Source of the DNA: an uncultured Planctomycetota bacterium
GTDB taxonomy: Bacteria; Planctomycetota; Phycisphaerae; Tepidisphaerales; Tepidisphaeraceae
Reading direction: 5' to 3'
Length of the DNA stretch: 64,000 bases
Assembly: GCA_963841915.1 (NCBI GenBank)
Contig: CAWJEN010000005.1
Coordinates: 512,001-576,000 of the forward strand
Shown here: in pieces, positions 40,413 through 49,586 of the stretch
Position numbering within the stretch: the stretch's first letter is position 1
How the letters are laid out: the number at the start of each line of letters is the position of its first letter
Notes under the pieces: generated by a model
Database searches by the model: none
Told to the model about the DNA's origin: nothing
The model's input: the letters and a program-made list of their open reading frames with translations, nothing else
Translations under genes and position numbers: made by a program

Positions 40413-40597
40413 AAAAGTCTCCCTGGATGAACGCATAACGAGCGGCAAGCCTGCCGCGTGCGCAACCACCGTCGCGACTTCGTCCCGCCGTGTCAAGGCA
40501 AACCAATACGACGGCATGCTCTTCACGCAACACGGCCGGGCACTCTCGCGCCGACCACCTTATGAACCTCCGGCCGCTTACGCCGCGCGTTTCATCG
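40407..40597. repeat. Copy 1 of a ~190-bp duplicated upstream/start region
   Basis: Aligns to 43699-43889 with 14 differences by manual count. Confidence 0.9.
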
Positions 40598-40661
40598 TCG
40601 ACTGCGTCGGCCCGGGCGGCTGTGGCATGGAGCCGTTGACAAAGCGACTGACAAAGCAACA

Positions 40662-40685
40662 GCCGCGTTGCAGAGGCAACGCGGC
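40662..40685 (-). terminator. Probable terminator after the PEP-CTERM gene
   Basis: Hairpin GCCGCGTTGC-AGAG-GCAACGCGGC. Confidence 0.5.
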
Positions 40686-40738
40686 CGTCGGGTTGTCGCG
40701 TGGCGCGGGGTTGTTGTTGCGTAGCAGCAGAGTCCGGC

Positions 40739-41563
40739 TCAGGCGATCTGGGCCTTGGCCCGACGACGGAGGCCGACGAGGCTCAGGAGCGACACGCCGG
40801 CGAGAGCCGCTGTCGGTTCGGGGACGGCCTCAAAATTGACGCTAGCGGTCGACCCCGACGCATCGTTCAAAGAAATCTCAAACCCATCGAGCTGCCCGGT
40901 GAAATCACCAGCCCATCCCGAACCTGTCGAGATCGCGAGGAAGAAAACCTCTTCATCACGGTAGTCGAAATCGCCGGTCTCGTAGGCACTGCTGGAGTCG
41001 GACCAGTCCACGGGACCGGAGGTCAGGTCGGACAGGAACGGGTCTGTGTAGGTGCCAAAGACGGGACCGGAGGCACCCCGGTTGGCATCAAATGCCCGCA
41101 GTCGATTGGTACCCGATGCGGTCGACCACTGATTCCACGTTCCATCCGGGGCGCTGTAGTTGTCGCTAAAGTAGGGCTCGAAGTTGATGCGACGGCCGTA
41201 CCAGCTGTCATCATCCATGCCATCAGCCCGGGTGTAGATCTCGACGTACCAGTCCACTGGTGTCGGTCCCGTGGTCGTCTTCTTCGTCCAGTAGCTGAAA
41301 TCGGCAATTTCGCCGAACGTGATCGTGCGACCGAAAAGATCGTTGGGCGACAGGTTGATCTGTACCTTACCGTTGAACGACTCACCACCTGAGTTACCGT
41401 TAGCAGAGATCGAACTGCTGCCAAAGGCTGGAGCACTGTCACCGACCACGCCATCAACGGTGTTGATGGTTATATTCGGGGAAGCAGGTGTGATGGTCAG
41501 GTTGGCGGCGGAGGACATGCCGGCCGTGACAAGGACGGCGGCGGTCAAAATAGTTGCTTTCAT
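40739..41563 (-). CDS. PEP-CTERM surface protein
   Basis: Signal peptide MKATILTAAVLVTAGMSSA; VPEPTAALAGVSLLSLVGLRRR. Confidence 0.88.
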   Translation of the reverse strand: MKATILTAAVLVTAGMSSAANLTITPASPNITINTVDGVVGDSAPAFGSSSISANGNSGGESFNGKVQINLSPNDLFGRTITFGEIADFSYWTKKTTTGPTPVDWYVEIYTRADGMDDDSWYGRRINFEPYFSDNYSAPDGTWNQWSTASGTNRLRAFDANRGASGPVFGTYTDPFLSDLTSGPVDWSDSSSAYETGDFDYRDEEVFFLAISTGSGWAGDFTGQLDGFEISLNDASGSTASVNFEAVPEPTAALAGVSLLSLVGLRRRAKAQIA

Positions 41564-41780
41564 AGTAATCGTCTGCGATTTCCATCGCCCCCCGACCCCC
41601 CAGGTCCCTCCCGGAGTCGTATCGGTGGCGTCGAGCTATTGTCGGACCTTTACCAGCAGTTGCAAGGCCCTACCGTGAGATTAACGAGGTTGCTGCAAAG
41701 CCCGGGCGGATTGCGGGGATCAGGCGGGCTGTCTGGGTCCATCGGCGGCTTTGGGTGGGCCGTTGTGGTGGTGGGGGGGG

Positions 41781-41990
41781 GGCTTTGGGAGCTTCGTTGG
41801 TGGCTTTGAGCGCTTCGTCGTCGGCTTTGGGGGCTTCGGCAGGGGCTTTGCAAGGTTCGTCACCGGCTTTGCGAGATTCGGCGGTGGCTGTGGGGGGGTC
41901 GTTGGTGGCGTTGAGCGGTCGGTTGGCGGCTTTGGGAGGGGTGTCGGCGGCTCTTGGGGTTCTGTGGGCGGCTTCGGGAGACCCGTTGGT
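41781..41990. repeat. Degenerate 21-bp tandem repeat (10 units, each starting GGC, mostly GGCTTTG), followed by a poly-G tract to ~42080
   Basis: Units start at 41781, 41802, 41823, 41844, 41865, 41886, 41907, 41928, 41949 and 41970. Confidence 0.85.
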
Positions 41991-42282
41991 GAGGGCGGGA
42001 GTGGTGGGGGGGGGGGTGGTGAGGTGATGGGGTGATGGGGTGGTGGGGGGGTGGGGGGGAGGGGTGGTGGTGGGGGGGGATTGTGTCGATCAACATGGCG
42101 GGACGGCGTGGCCGGGCGAGCGTCGCCCGGGGGTTGAATTGCCTGTATGAACGGGTTCGGCCGGTTTGTGTCGTTCAGATCTGCACGTTCGGCGGGCGAC
42201 GTCGTCGCCGCCGAACGACAGACGGCCGACGATTTCCGCACGATGCGTGAGCCCTACCTGCTGTACGAGGATTAAACGGTAG

Positions 42283-42305
42283 AAGGCTCGCGACCCCTTT
42301 ATCTG
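42283..42305. repeat. REP-like repeat, left form AAGGCTCGCGACCCCTTTATCTG
   Basis: Member of a 12-copy family; inverted relative to 43624-43645. Confidence 0.85.
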
Positions 42306-42379
42306 TCCTGCACTTGCCTCCCGTCAACTCGCCTGCCGAGTCGATTTGCCCGCCGTAGACCTTCTGGTACCATAGATTA

Positions 42380-43600
42380 ATGCCTGAACGTCCTGGCAAG
42401 CCTTGCCGACTGTGCGGAATCGACCTATCGCGAAGTCGACGTATCGGAGACGGAGAGGGTGGCTACTTCTGTAAACCCTGTTTCAAAGCCGATCGCGCAC
42501 GGACGTCGGCTGCGGCGACCGCCCCCGAATCGGGAGTCCCTCTCGACGAACTAAACGAGGTGCCTGCCACCGACACGGTCCTCGGTCCTTTCGAGCGTGG
42601 AATGATCGCCGCGGGAGCAGTTGCCTGCGTGCTCCTGGTTGGCGGGGTCATCTACTTGTTTGAATTTCGGGACAAGTGGGAGAACGAGCATCGTCAGCAG
42701 ATCGTTACGATGATTTATGACGCACGAGGCTTAGTCCAACGAGATGAACTGGACGCTGCCAAAGATCGATATAACGCAGCTTTTGGACTGGTGGGTGATC
42801 GAGAATTGCGATCGAAGGAATTGACTACGATGCTGACTGAAGCAGAATCGGAGGCCGATCGGCTGGACGGGAGAATCGAGTCGAAGCGAGAGCAAGAGCG
42901 TCAGGCAGAGGCGCAAGTGGAAGCCGACCGGCTTGCGAAACTGGATTTGGAGGCTCGTCAGCGGCGAGCGAGGGAACGAAAGGCTACAGAAGAGAAAGCC
43001 GCTCGCTCCCGCGTAGCGAGCATGAATGTGCACGAAGCTTCCGAAGCAGGTGAAGTTGGTCGCCTTCGAGAACTGCTGGATGCTGTCCCCGAGCTGGCTC
43101 GACGCAGGGATCGGGATTGGTTGAATGAAACGCCCCTTCACGTTGCCAAGAACGGACAAGTCGTTGATCTGCTTGTATCGAAAGGTGCCGTAGTAGATGC
43201 ACCGACATCAGCATCGCGGAAGACGCCGCTCTACATGGCAGTTCAGGAGGGGAGACTAGACGCTGTGCGAGCGCTGCTGCGGCATGGGGCGGATGCCAAT
43301 TTCGAAACCGGGTACGGCAGCGCGCTGAACGAGGCTCTGAGTTCAGATAAGAAGGATATCGCTGAAGTGCTGCTGGCGAATGGTGCAGACATCAACTCAA
43401 CAGAAGGTATTTATCCACGCGCACCCCTTCACGCGGCGGTTGTTGCAGATGACCTTGAGATGGTGAAGTTCCTTTTGGCGCACGGGGCTGAGGTGAACGT
43501 TCACGGAGGTGAAGGCACCCCACTGGATGTCGCGATCAAGGTGAACAATGTCGATATGGCTATTTTCTTGCGCAAGCAAGGCGGCATCAGCACCCGCTGA
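42380..43600 (+). CDS. Membrane-anchored ankyrin-repeat protein with N-terminal Cys4 zinc-finger-like motif
   Basis: CRLC...YFCKPC, one TM, coiled coil, ankyrins (ETPLHVA, KTPLYMAV, APLHAAV, GTPLDVA). Visibly more AT-rich than its neighbours. Confidence 0.88.
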   Translation: MPERPGKPCRLCGIDLSRSRRIGDGEGGYFCKPCFKADRARTSAAATAPESGVPLDELNEVPATDTVLGPFERGMIAAGAVACVLLVGGVIYLFEFRDKWENEHRQQIVTMIYDARGLVQRDELDAAKDRYNAAFGLVGDRELRSKELTTMLTEAESEADRLDGRIESKREQERQAEAQVEADRLAKLDLEARQRRARERKATEEKAARSRVASMNVHEASEAGEVGRLRELLDAVPELARRRDRDWLNETPLHVAKNGQVVDLLVSKGAVVDAPTSASRKTPLYMAVQEGRLDAVRALLRHGADANFETGYGSALNEALSSDKKDIAEVLLANGADINSTEGIYPRAPLHAAVVADDLEMVKFLLAHGAEVNVHGGEGTPLDVAIKVNNVDMAIFLRKQGGISTR

Positions 43601-43623
43601 TTAAGTGAAAGGGTAGACTGGGG

Positions 43624-43691
43624 CAGATAATGGGTCGCGAGCCTTTCTCTGCTGCTCCTCATCAACCTAGAAGAGGCTCGCGACCCCTTTT
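43624..43691. repeat. REP-like inverted doublet
   Basis: CAGATAATGGGTCGCGAGCCTT (43624-43645) and AGGCTCGCGACCCCTTTT (43674-43691). Confidence 0.82.
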
Positions 43692-43698
43692 CGCCTTC

Positions 43699-43931
43699 CT
43701 GCATAAAAGTCTCCCTGGATGAACGAATAACGAGCGGCAAGCCTGCCGCGTGCGCGAACACCGTCGCGACTTCGTCCCGCCGTGTCAAGGCAAACCAATC
43801 GACGGCATGCTCTCTACGCAACATGGCCGGGCGCTCTCGCGCCCGACCACCTTATGAACCTCCAGTTGCTTACGCCGCTAGTTTCATCGGCGGCTTTGGG
43901 TGGGCCGTTGTGGTGGTGGGGGGGGGGGGGG
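43699..43931. repeat. Copy 2 of the duplicated region: 40407-40597 fused to 41740-41782
   Basis: 43699-43889 matches 40407-40597, and 43885-43931 matches 41740-41782. The two parts join at a single CATCG. Confidence 0.88.
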
Positions 43932-43933
43932 TG

Positions 43934-45154
43934 CTACGCCGCCAGGGCGGCGGCGATGGCGGGGTCGATGCTGAGGTTCTTGCCGAACTCGCCGGGTTCG
44001 AAGAGGTGGCACTCGTTCATGTTCACCGCGAGGTGGGCCGCCTGGCCGTCGGCGATGCCGACCTTGGCCGGGACGCGGGCGACGAGGGCATCGTGGTACT
44101 TCGTGCCGAAGTAGAGGTCCATGTCGCTGCCGAGCGGTTCGATGACGCCGATGAGGATGTCGATCGTGCGGCCGGGCTCGCTGGCACCGGCGAGCGTGAA
44201 GTGCTCGGGCCGAACACCCAGGACGAGGTGATCACCGGTGCGACTGGCAGCGGCGGCGGCGAGGCGCTCGGGCAAGGCCAGGCGGAACCCGTCACCGGGA
44301 TTGGTCAGGTCGCCGTCGGTGAGGATGACGGCATCCGGATCGTCGGCGTTGCCACTCGTGTGCGTGTTCTCGAGCTTGCCCTCTTCGAAGTAAAGCGTGC
44401 CGCCCTCGTCGATGACGCGGCCGTGGAAGAACTTGGTGGGCGGCGTGCCGATGAAGCCGGCGACGTACCGGTTGGCCGGACTGCGATACATCTCCAGCGG
44501 CGGGGCGACCTGTTGGACCATGCCGTTGCTCATGATGACGATGCGATCGCCGAGCGTCATGGCCTCTTCCTGGTCGTGCGTGACGTAGATGGTCGTCGTC
44601 TTGAGTCGCTTGTGCAGGCGCTTGAGCTCGGCCCGCGTGCTGACACGCAGCTTGGCGTCGAGGTTCGACAACGGCTCGTCGAAGAGGAAGCAGCTCGGGT
44701 CGCGAACGATGGCACGGCCCAGGGCGACGCGTTGACGTTGACCGCCTGAGAGGGCTTTGGGTTTGCGGTCGAGCAGGTGCTCGATGTCGAGGATCTTGGC
44801 TGCGTTGCGTACCCGCTCGTCGATCTCGGCGCGGGGCGTTTTGCGGAGCTTCAGGCCGAACGCCATGTTCTTGTACACCGTCATGTGCGGGTACAGGGCG
44901 TAGTTCTGGAACACCATCGCGATGTCGCGGTCCTTGGGTGCGACGTTGTTGACGACGCGGTCACCGATGGCGATGGTGCCGCCGGAGATTTCTTCGAGGC
45001 CTGCCACCATGCGGAGGGTCGTGCTCTTGCCGCAACCCGACGGGCCGACGAAGACGACAAACTCGCCGTCGTTGATGGACAGGTTCACGTTTTCGACAGC
45101 GGTGACGTTGCCGGGGTAGACCTTGGTGACGTTATTGAGCAGGACGCGGGCCAT
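43934..45154 (-). CDS. MalK/UgpC-like carbohydrate ABC transporter ATP-binding subunit
   Basis: GPSGCGKST, MVFQNYALYPHM, LSGGQRQR, FDEPLSNLDAKLR, YVTHDQEEAMT, TOBE domain. Confidence 0.93.
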   Translation of the reverse strand: MARVLLNNVTKVYPGNVTAVENVNLSINDGEFVVFVGPSGCGKSTTLRMVAGLEEISGGTIAIGDRVVNNVAPKDRDIAMVFQNYALYPHMTVYKNMAFGLKLRKTPRAEIDERVRNAAKILDIEHLLDRKPKALSGGQRQRVALGRAIVRDPSCFLFDEPLSNLDAKLRVSTRAELKRLHKRLKTTTIYVTHDQEEAMTLGDRIVIMSNGMVQQVAPPLEMYRSPANRYVAGFIGTPPTKFFHGRVIDEGGTLYFEEGKLENTHTSGNADDPDAVILTDGDLTNPGDGFRLALPERLAAAAASRTGDHLVLGVRPEHFTLAGASEPGRTIDILIGVIEPLGSDMDLYFGTKYHDALVARVPAKVGIADGQAAHLAVNMNECHLFEPGEFGKNLSIDPAIAAALAA

Positions 45155-45337
45155 GATGCGATTGGGTTCCTCTGAACGTTGGTTGACGTTGTGCGGGGGC
45201 GGTTGGACGACCTTAACACGGCCGGGCGGGCGGGGCGAATGCAAGCCGCGAGTGACGCTGCCTCTAAGGTACTGCTGGCAGCGTGCTGGCTCAAAAAGGG
45301 CATATCGCCGCTTGGGCGACCGTGCGTGGATCTGCTT

Positions 45338-46291
45338 CTACGGGTGCAGAATCGAGTCGATCTGCTCGATGACCTCGTCGTCGAGCGTGATGCCGCTGGC
45401 CTCGACGTTCTCTTTAAGCTGTTTGGGCTTGGTCGCCCCGACGATGACACTGCTCACCTCGTCGCGACGCAGGCACCACGCCAAGGCGAGCTGGGCGAGC
45501 GTGCAGCCGGTTTCGTCGGCGACGGGCTGGAGCTGTTGCACCCGCCCCAGCAACGACTTGTCGGCGACGATGTTCTTGATGAACTGGTTCTGACGATCGT
45601 CCTTGGCCCGCGAGTCGCCGGGCGTCGGTTCGTCGGGCTTGTACTTGCCGGTAAGCACGCCCTGGGCAAGCGGGCTGTAGCAGACCTGCCCGATCCCGCG
45701 GCCGTGGCACAGCGGAAAGATGTCTTGCTCGGGGTCCTTCTGCAGCGCGTTGTACTGTGGCTGACTGCTCCGCGGCTGGTAGAACCCTTCGCTATCGCAC
45801 AGGTCCAGGCACGCCTTGATCTGCTCGGCCGTCCACTGGCTAAAGCCCCAGTAGACGATCTTGCCCTGCTTGACAAGGTCGTCCATCGCCCGCACGGTCT
45901 CTTCGAGTGGCGTCTCCTCGTCCCAGCGGTGGCATTGGTACAGATCGATGTGGCTCGTCCGCAGGCGGCGGAGCGAGGCCTCGCAAGACTCAACAAGGTG
46001 CTTGCGGCCGAGGCCACGCTGGGTCGGCAGGTCGCCCATCGGGAAAAAGACCTTCGTCGCCAGCACGTACGCGTCGCGGGGACGGTCGGCGAGCAGGTGG
46101 CCCCAGACGGCCTCACACTCGCCGCGGGCGTAGACGTTGGCGTTGTCCAGGAACGTCACGCCGCAGTCGAAGGCAGCGTCCATGACCTCTTTGGCCCGGT
46201 CCTGCGTCAGGGCGTTGCCGAACGTGAGCCAGCCACCAAGGCCGATTTCGGAGACTTTGGTGCCGGTGTTCCCGAGCGGGCGGTACTTCAT
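45338..46291 (-). CDS. Aldo/keto reductase (Kv-beta-like)
   Basis: GLGGWLTFG, LDNANVY, SLRRLRTSHIDLYQCH, YSPLAQGVLTGKY, IVGATK. Confidence 0.93.
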   Translation of the reverse strand: MKYRPLGNTGTKVSEIGLGGWLTFGNALTQDRAKEVMDAAFDCGVTFLDNANVYARGECEAVWGHLLADRPRDAYVLATKVFFPMGDLPTQRGLGRKHLVESCEASLRRLRTSHIDLYQCHRWDEETPLEETVRAMDDLVKQGKIVYWGFSQWTAEQIKACLDLCDSEGFYQPRSSQPQYNALQKDPEQDIFPLCHGRGIGQVCYSPLAQGVLTGKYKPDEPTPGDSRAKDDRQNQFIKNIVADKSLLGRVQQLQPVADETGCTLAQLALAWCLRRDEVSSVIVGATKPKQLKENVEASGITLDDEVIEQIDSILHP

Positions 46292-46481
46292 GGGACGGTT
46301 GTAGCCGCAGCCGGGTCGTGGCTCAACTGCGGCGGCCCTCTAGCGTACTGCGGGCGAACCGTGATGGGTCCGGAACCGTCTAAGAAGGCGGCGGGATTAT
46401 TGCCTGCGACTTGTCGTCGTCGTGGTGCTTTAGACTCTGCACCCGGTTCCTCCGGCTTCCACCTTGATCGAGACCTTCAAC

Positions 46482-49400
46482 ATGCCAGCTTCTTTAACGC
46501 ATCGTGCCCGTCGCATCGTTTCTCTGGCAGCGGGGGCGGCGGTCGTCGCCGCGCTGGCAATGCCGGCTTCGGGCGAGCCGGAAGTCGCCGCCACAAACGT
46601 TGATGGCACGATTTCGCTGACGCCTGCGCAGATCCAGGCCATGATGGCCGCCCGGTCCAGCGGGCCCAAGAGCGACAACGACGACCTGCCGTCCGTTGAC
46701 AAAGTTGCCGATGGCCTCAAGCACGAAGTCGGCAGTGACGGCGGGCTCTTCAGCGTCTACTACGCCGCCGACCCGTCGTATGACACGCAGGGCAAGATCC
46801 TTGCCGCCCTGCCGGGCAACCTCATGAACACCGAGCTGCTGCTGGCGACCAGCATCGGCAGTGGTCAGCTGGCCGGTTACCAGTGGAGTGACTACCTCAT
46901 CCGCATGGAGCGTCGTGGCGACGAGATCGCCGTGATGGTGCCCGATCTCTTCAACCGGGGCGGCGGTACCATCGCCGAAACCGTCAACCGCACTTACCAG
47001 CCGCGCGTCCTCGTCACCTTGCCCATCGTGGCCAAGGGTGCCGGCGGCGAGACGGTCGTCGACCTGTCACCGCTGACCCTCGGCGGAGCCATTCCGGTGC
47101 CCGGTAGCGGCTTTGCCAATCGCAGCCTGTCCCGGCACACGCAGGTCAAGGTGTTCCCGGACAACGTGCTTATCGAGGCCGAGCGGGTCAGCAGCGGGCA
47201 ACAGCCTCAGCTCGTGAGCTTCTCGTTCCGCCGCCTGCCGCAACGCGACGGGTATCGGCCGCGTGTCAGCGACGAGCGGATCGGCTACTTCGAGACCGTC
47301 AGCCAGGACTGGGGCAAGCCATTCGACGCCCGCGAGACGATCGACCGGTACGTCAACCGCTGGCACGTCGAGAAGCTCGACGAGTCGCTCGAGATGAGCC
47401 CGCCCAAAGAGCCCATCATCTTCTACGTCGAAAGCACTGTCCCGATCCGCTGGCGGAAGGCCGTGCAGGACGGCATCGACGAATGGAACAAGGCCTTTGA
47501 ACAGGTTGGCATCGTCGGCGCCATCGAGGTTCGTCAGCAGACTGACTCTCAGTACTCAGACATCGACCCGGCCGACGCCCGGTACAACTTCATCCGCTGG
47601 ATCGTCAGCGGCCGAGCCTTTGCAATGGGCCCGAGCCGTGTCGACCCGCGTACCGGCCAGATCCTCGATGCCGACATCATCTTCGACGATTCGATGTTGC
47701 GGTTCTTCCAGGACGACCTCGAGCTCCTGTCACCTAAGGCGTTGGTCGAGACATTTGGGCCTGAGAAGGTCGCATTCTGGGCAGAGAATCCCGGCTTCCG
47801 GCCGATGGGTGTAACCGCCGATGACCTGCAGATCGCGCTGAACGACGCGATTGATTCGCAGATGCTCTTCGGTGCAGGCGGCAGCAACATGGCCGTCGAC
47901 TCGGATGGCTCGGTCAGCCGCATGGTCCGCCGGCGTTTGGCCGGTGCGGCAGGCGTTGACCTCGTCGAAGATCACATCGTTGCCAGCCGTTCGGCGGCCG
48001 GGCACGGCGTGTGCAATTTCGCCAGCGGTGTCCGCAGGCAGATGGCCTTGGCTCACCTCGCCGGTGCCGCCCCGACGACGCAGCCTGATTCAGTCGACGA
48101 GTCGATGGACGACGAGATGCCTGACGAGGTGGACGAGGCTGTCGACGAGATCGGCGAAGCCGTTGAAGCCGTTGGCGATGCCATCGAGGCCGTTGCCGAC
48201 AGCAAGTACACGAAGCAGGATCTGCCCGACGCGTTCCTGGAACTCATCGTCAAGGAAGTCGTCGCCCACGAGGTCGGCCACACGCTTGGCCTGCGACACA
48301 ACTTTAAGGCGTCGAGCTGGCTGACGCTCGACGAGATCAAGGAGCGGCGTGGCGACGCGACGCTACCGACCAGTGCCAGCGTGATGGACTACAACCCCGT
48401 CCTGCTGTTTGCCGGTGACGATCCGTCGAACATCGAGACCTTCATCACGCCCGTGCTTGGCCCGTACGACAACTGGGCCATCGAGTACGGCTACAAGATT
48501 CTGCCGCGTCGCACTGAGAAGCAAGAGCTCGAGAAGATCGCCAGCCAAAGCGGCAAGGCTGAGTATGCCTACGCCACCGACGAAGACGTGATGGGTTCGG
48601 CCAGTCCGGATCCTGATGCGAACCGCTTCGACATGTCGGCCAATCCGGTCGCCTGGGCCAAGAGCCGCGTCGAGCTTGGCGACGAACTGCTCAAGGGCGT
48701 TGAAGATTGGGCGATCGGTGAGGGCGAGCGGAACGCTTTCCTGCGTCGCGCGTTCCTGAACCTGTTCTTCGAGCGGGTCGGTGCGACGCGCTACGTCGTC
48801 CGCCAGATCGGTGGTCAGAACTTCAGCCGCACGCACTTCGGCGATGCAATCGAGGGTGGCCAGCAGCCGGGTCTGACGCCGCTGTCCGCTGCCGAGCAGC
48901 GTGAGGCGCTCGACTACCTGGCCGAAACCGTTTTTGCCGACGGCTTCTTCAATCTGGATCCCGACCTACTCAACAAGCTCGCCGCCGACCGATCAGTCGT
49001 CTCGTCATGGCCGCAGGCTCGGATCGACTTCCCGATCCACGACTACGTGTTGCGTGCCCAGAATTACAGCCTGAGTCACCTGTGTGACCCGACGGTGCTG
49101 CAGCGGATCTACGACGCCGAGCTCAAGACGGCCGACGGTGACGACAAGCTCACCGCCGCCGAGACGGTTATCGCCGTGAAGGACGCGGTTTGGAAAGAGA
49201 TCGGCAGCGGCAACGTCGACAGCCTGCGTCGCAACCTGCAACAGCAGCACCTCGACTACCTGCTGGAGATGGCCGACAGCGAGCCGGGCCGCTTGATGGC
49301 CGCCGACTTGCGGACGCAGGTGCGGTACCAGCTTCGCCTGCTCGCGACCGAGCTGGGCGAGGCCACACAGGGCGACCTCGATGCCATGACAGCCGCCCAC

Positions 49401-49511
49401 TACGTCGAGAGTGCCGACCGCATCATGAAGGTGCTCAACGCACCGCACATGGAGGCGAGCGGTGGTGGTGGCGGGACCATCATCATGATGCTCGGCCAGG
49501 AAGACGAGTAG
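46482..49511 (+). CDS. Secreted zinc-dependent metalloprotease (Met-zincin, DUF5117/DUF4953-like)
   Basis: Signal peptide; DERIGYF; GIDEWNKAFE; DPRTGQILDADI; HEVGHTLGLRHNF; Met-turn SVMDY. Confidence 0.9.
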   Translation: MPASLTHRARRIVSLAAGAAVVAALAMPASGEPEVAATNVDGTISLTPAQIQAMMAARSSGPKSDNDDLPSVDKVADGLKHEVGSDGGLFSVYYAADPSYDTQGKILAALPGNLMNTELLLATSIGSGQLAGYQWSDYLIRMERRGDEIAVMVPDLFNRGGGTIAETVNRTYQPRVLVTLPIVAKGAGGETVVDLSPLTLGGAIPVPGSGFANRSLSRHTQVKVFPDNVLIEAERVSSGQQPQLVSFSFRRLPQRDGYRPRVSDERIGYFETVSQDWGKPFDARETIDRYVNRWHVEKLDESLEMSPPKEPIIFYVESTVPIRWRKAVQDGIDEWNKAFEQVGIVGAIEVRQQTDSQYSDIDPADARYNFIRWIVSGRAFAMGPSRVDPRTGQILDADIIFDDSMLRFFQDDLELLSPKALVETFGPEKVAFWAENPGFRPMGVTADDLQIALNDAIDSQMLFGAGGSNMAVDSDGSVSRMVRRRLAGAAGVDLVEDHIVASRSAAGHGVCNFASGVRRQMALAHLAGAAPTTQPDSVDESMDDEMPDEVDEAVDEIGEAVEAVGDAIEAVADSKYTKQDLPDAFLELIVKEVVAHEVGHTLGLRHNFKASSWLTLDEIKERRGDATLPTSASVMDYNPVLLFAGDDPSNIETFITPVLGPYDNWAIEYGYKILPRRTEKQELEKIASQSGKAEYAYATDEDVMGSASPDPDANRFDMSANPVAWAKSRVELGDELLKGVEDWAIGEGERNAFLRRAFLNLFFERVGATRYVVRQIGGQNFSRTHFGDAIEGGQQPGLTPLSAAEQREALDYLAETVFADGFFNLDPDLLNKLAADRSVVSSWPQARIDFPIHDYVLRAQNYSLSHLCDPTVLQRIYDAELKTADGDDKLTAAETVIAVKDAVWKEIGSGNVDSLRRNLQQQHLDYLLEMADSEPGRLMAADLRTQVRYQLRLLATELGEATQGDLDAMTAAHYVESADRIMKVLNAPHMEASGGGGGTIIMMLGQEDE

Positions 49512-49538
49512 TCACACCTCGCAACATCCGTTGACGCA

Positions 49539-49572
49539 ACGCCCGCAGCTTTTGCTGCGGGCGTGTTGCTTT
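49539..49572 (+). terminator. Probable intrinsic terminator
   Basis: ACGCCCGCAGC-TTTT-GCTGCGGGCGT followed by GTTGCTTT. Confidence 0.6.
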
Positions 49573-49586
49573 GTATCGTCTTTGCC

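Noticed and set aside
40490..40530. GGCAAACC as a c-di-GMP-I riboswitch in the duplicated leader
   Set aside because: It is on the wrong strand for the downstream gene, and the GNRA stem and second hairpin are missing.
41720..42241. Proline-rich ORF and Gly-rich opposite-strand ORFs
   Set aside because: They are by-products of the G-rich minisatellite, with no credible start or domain.
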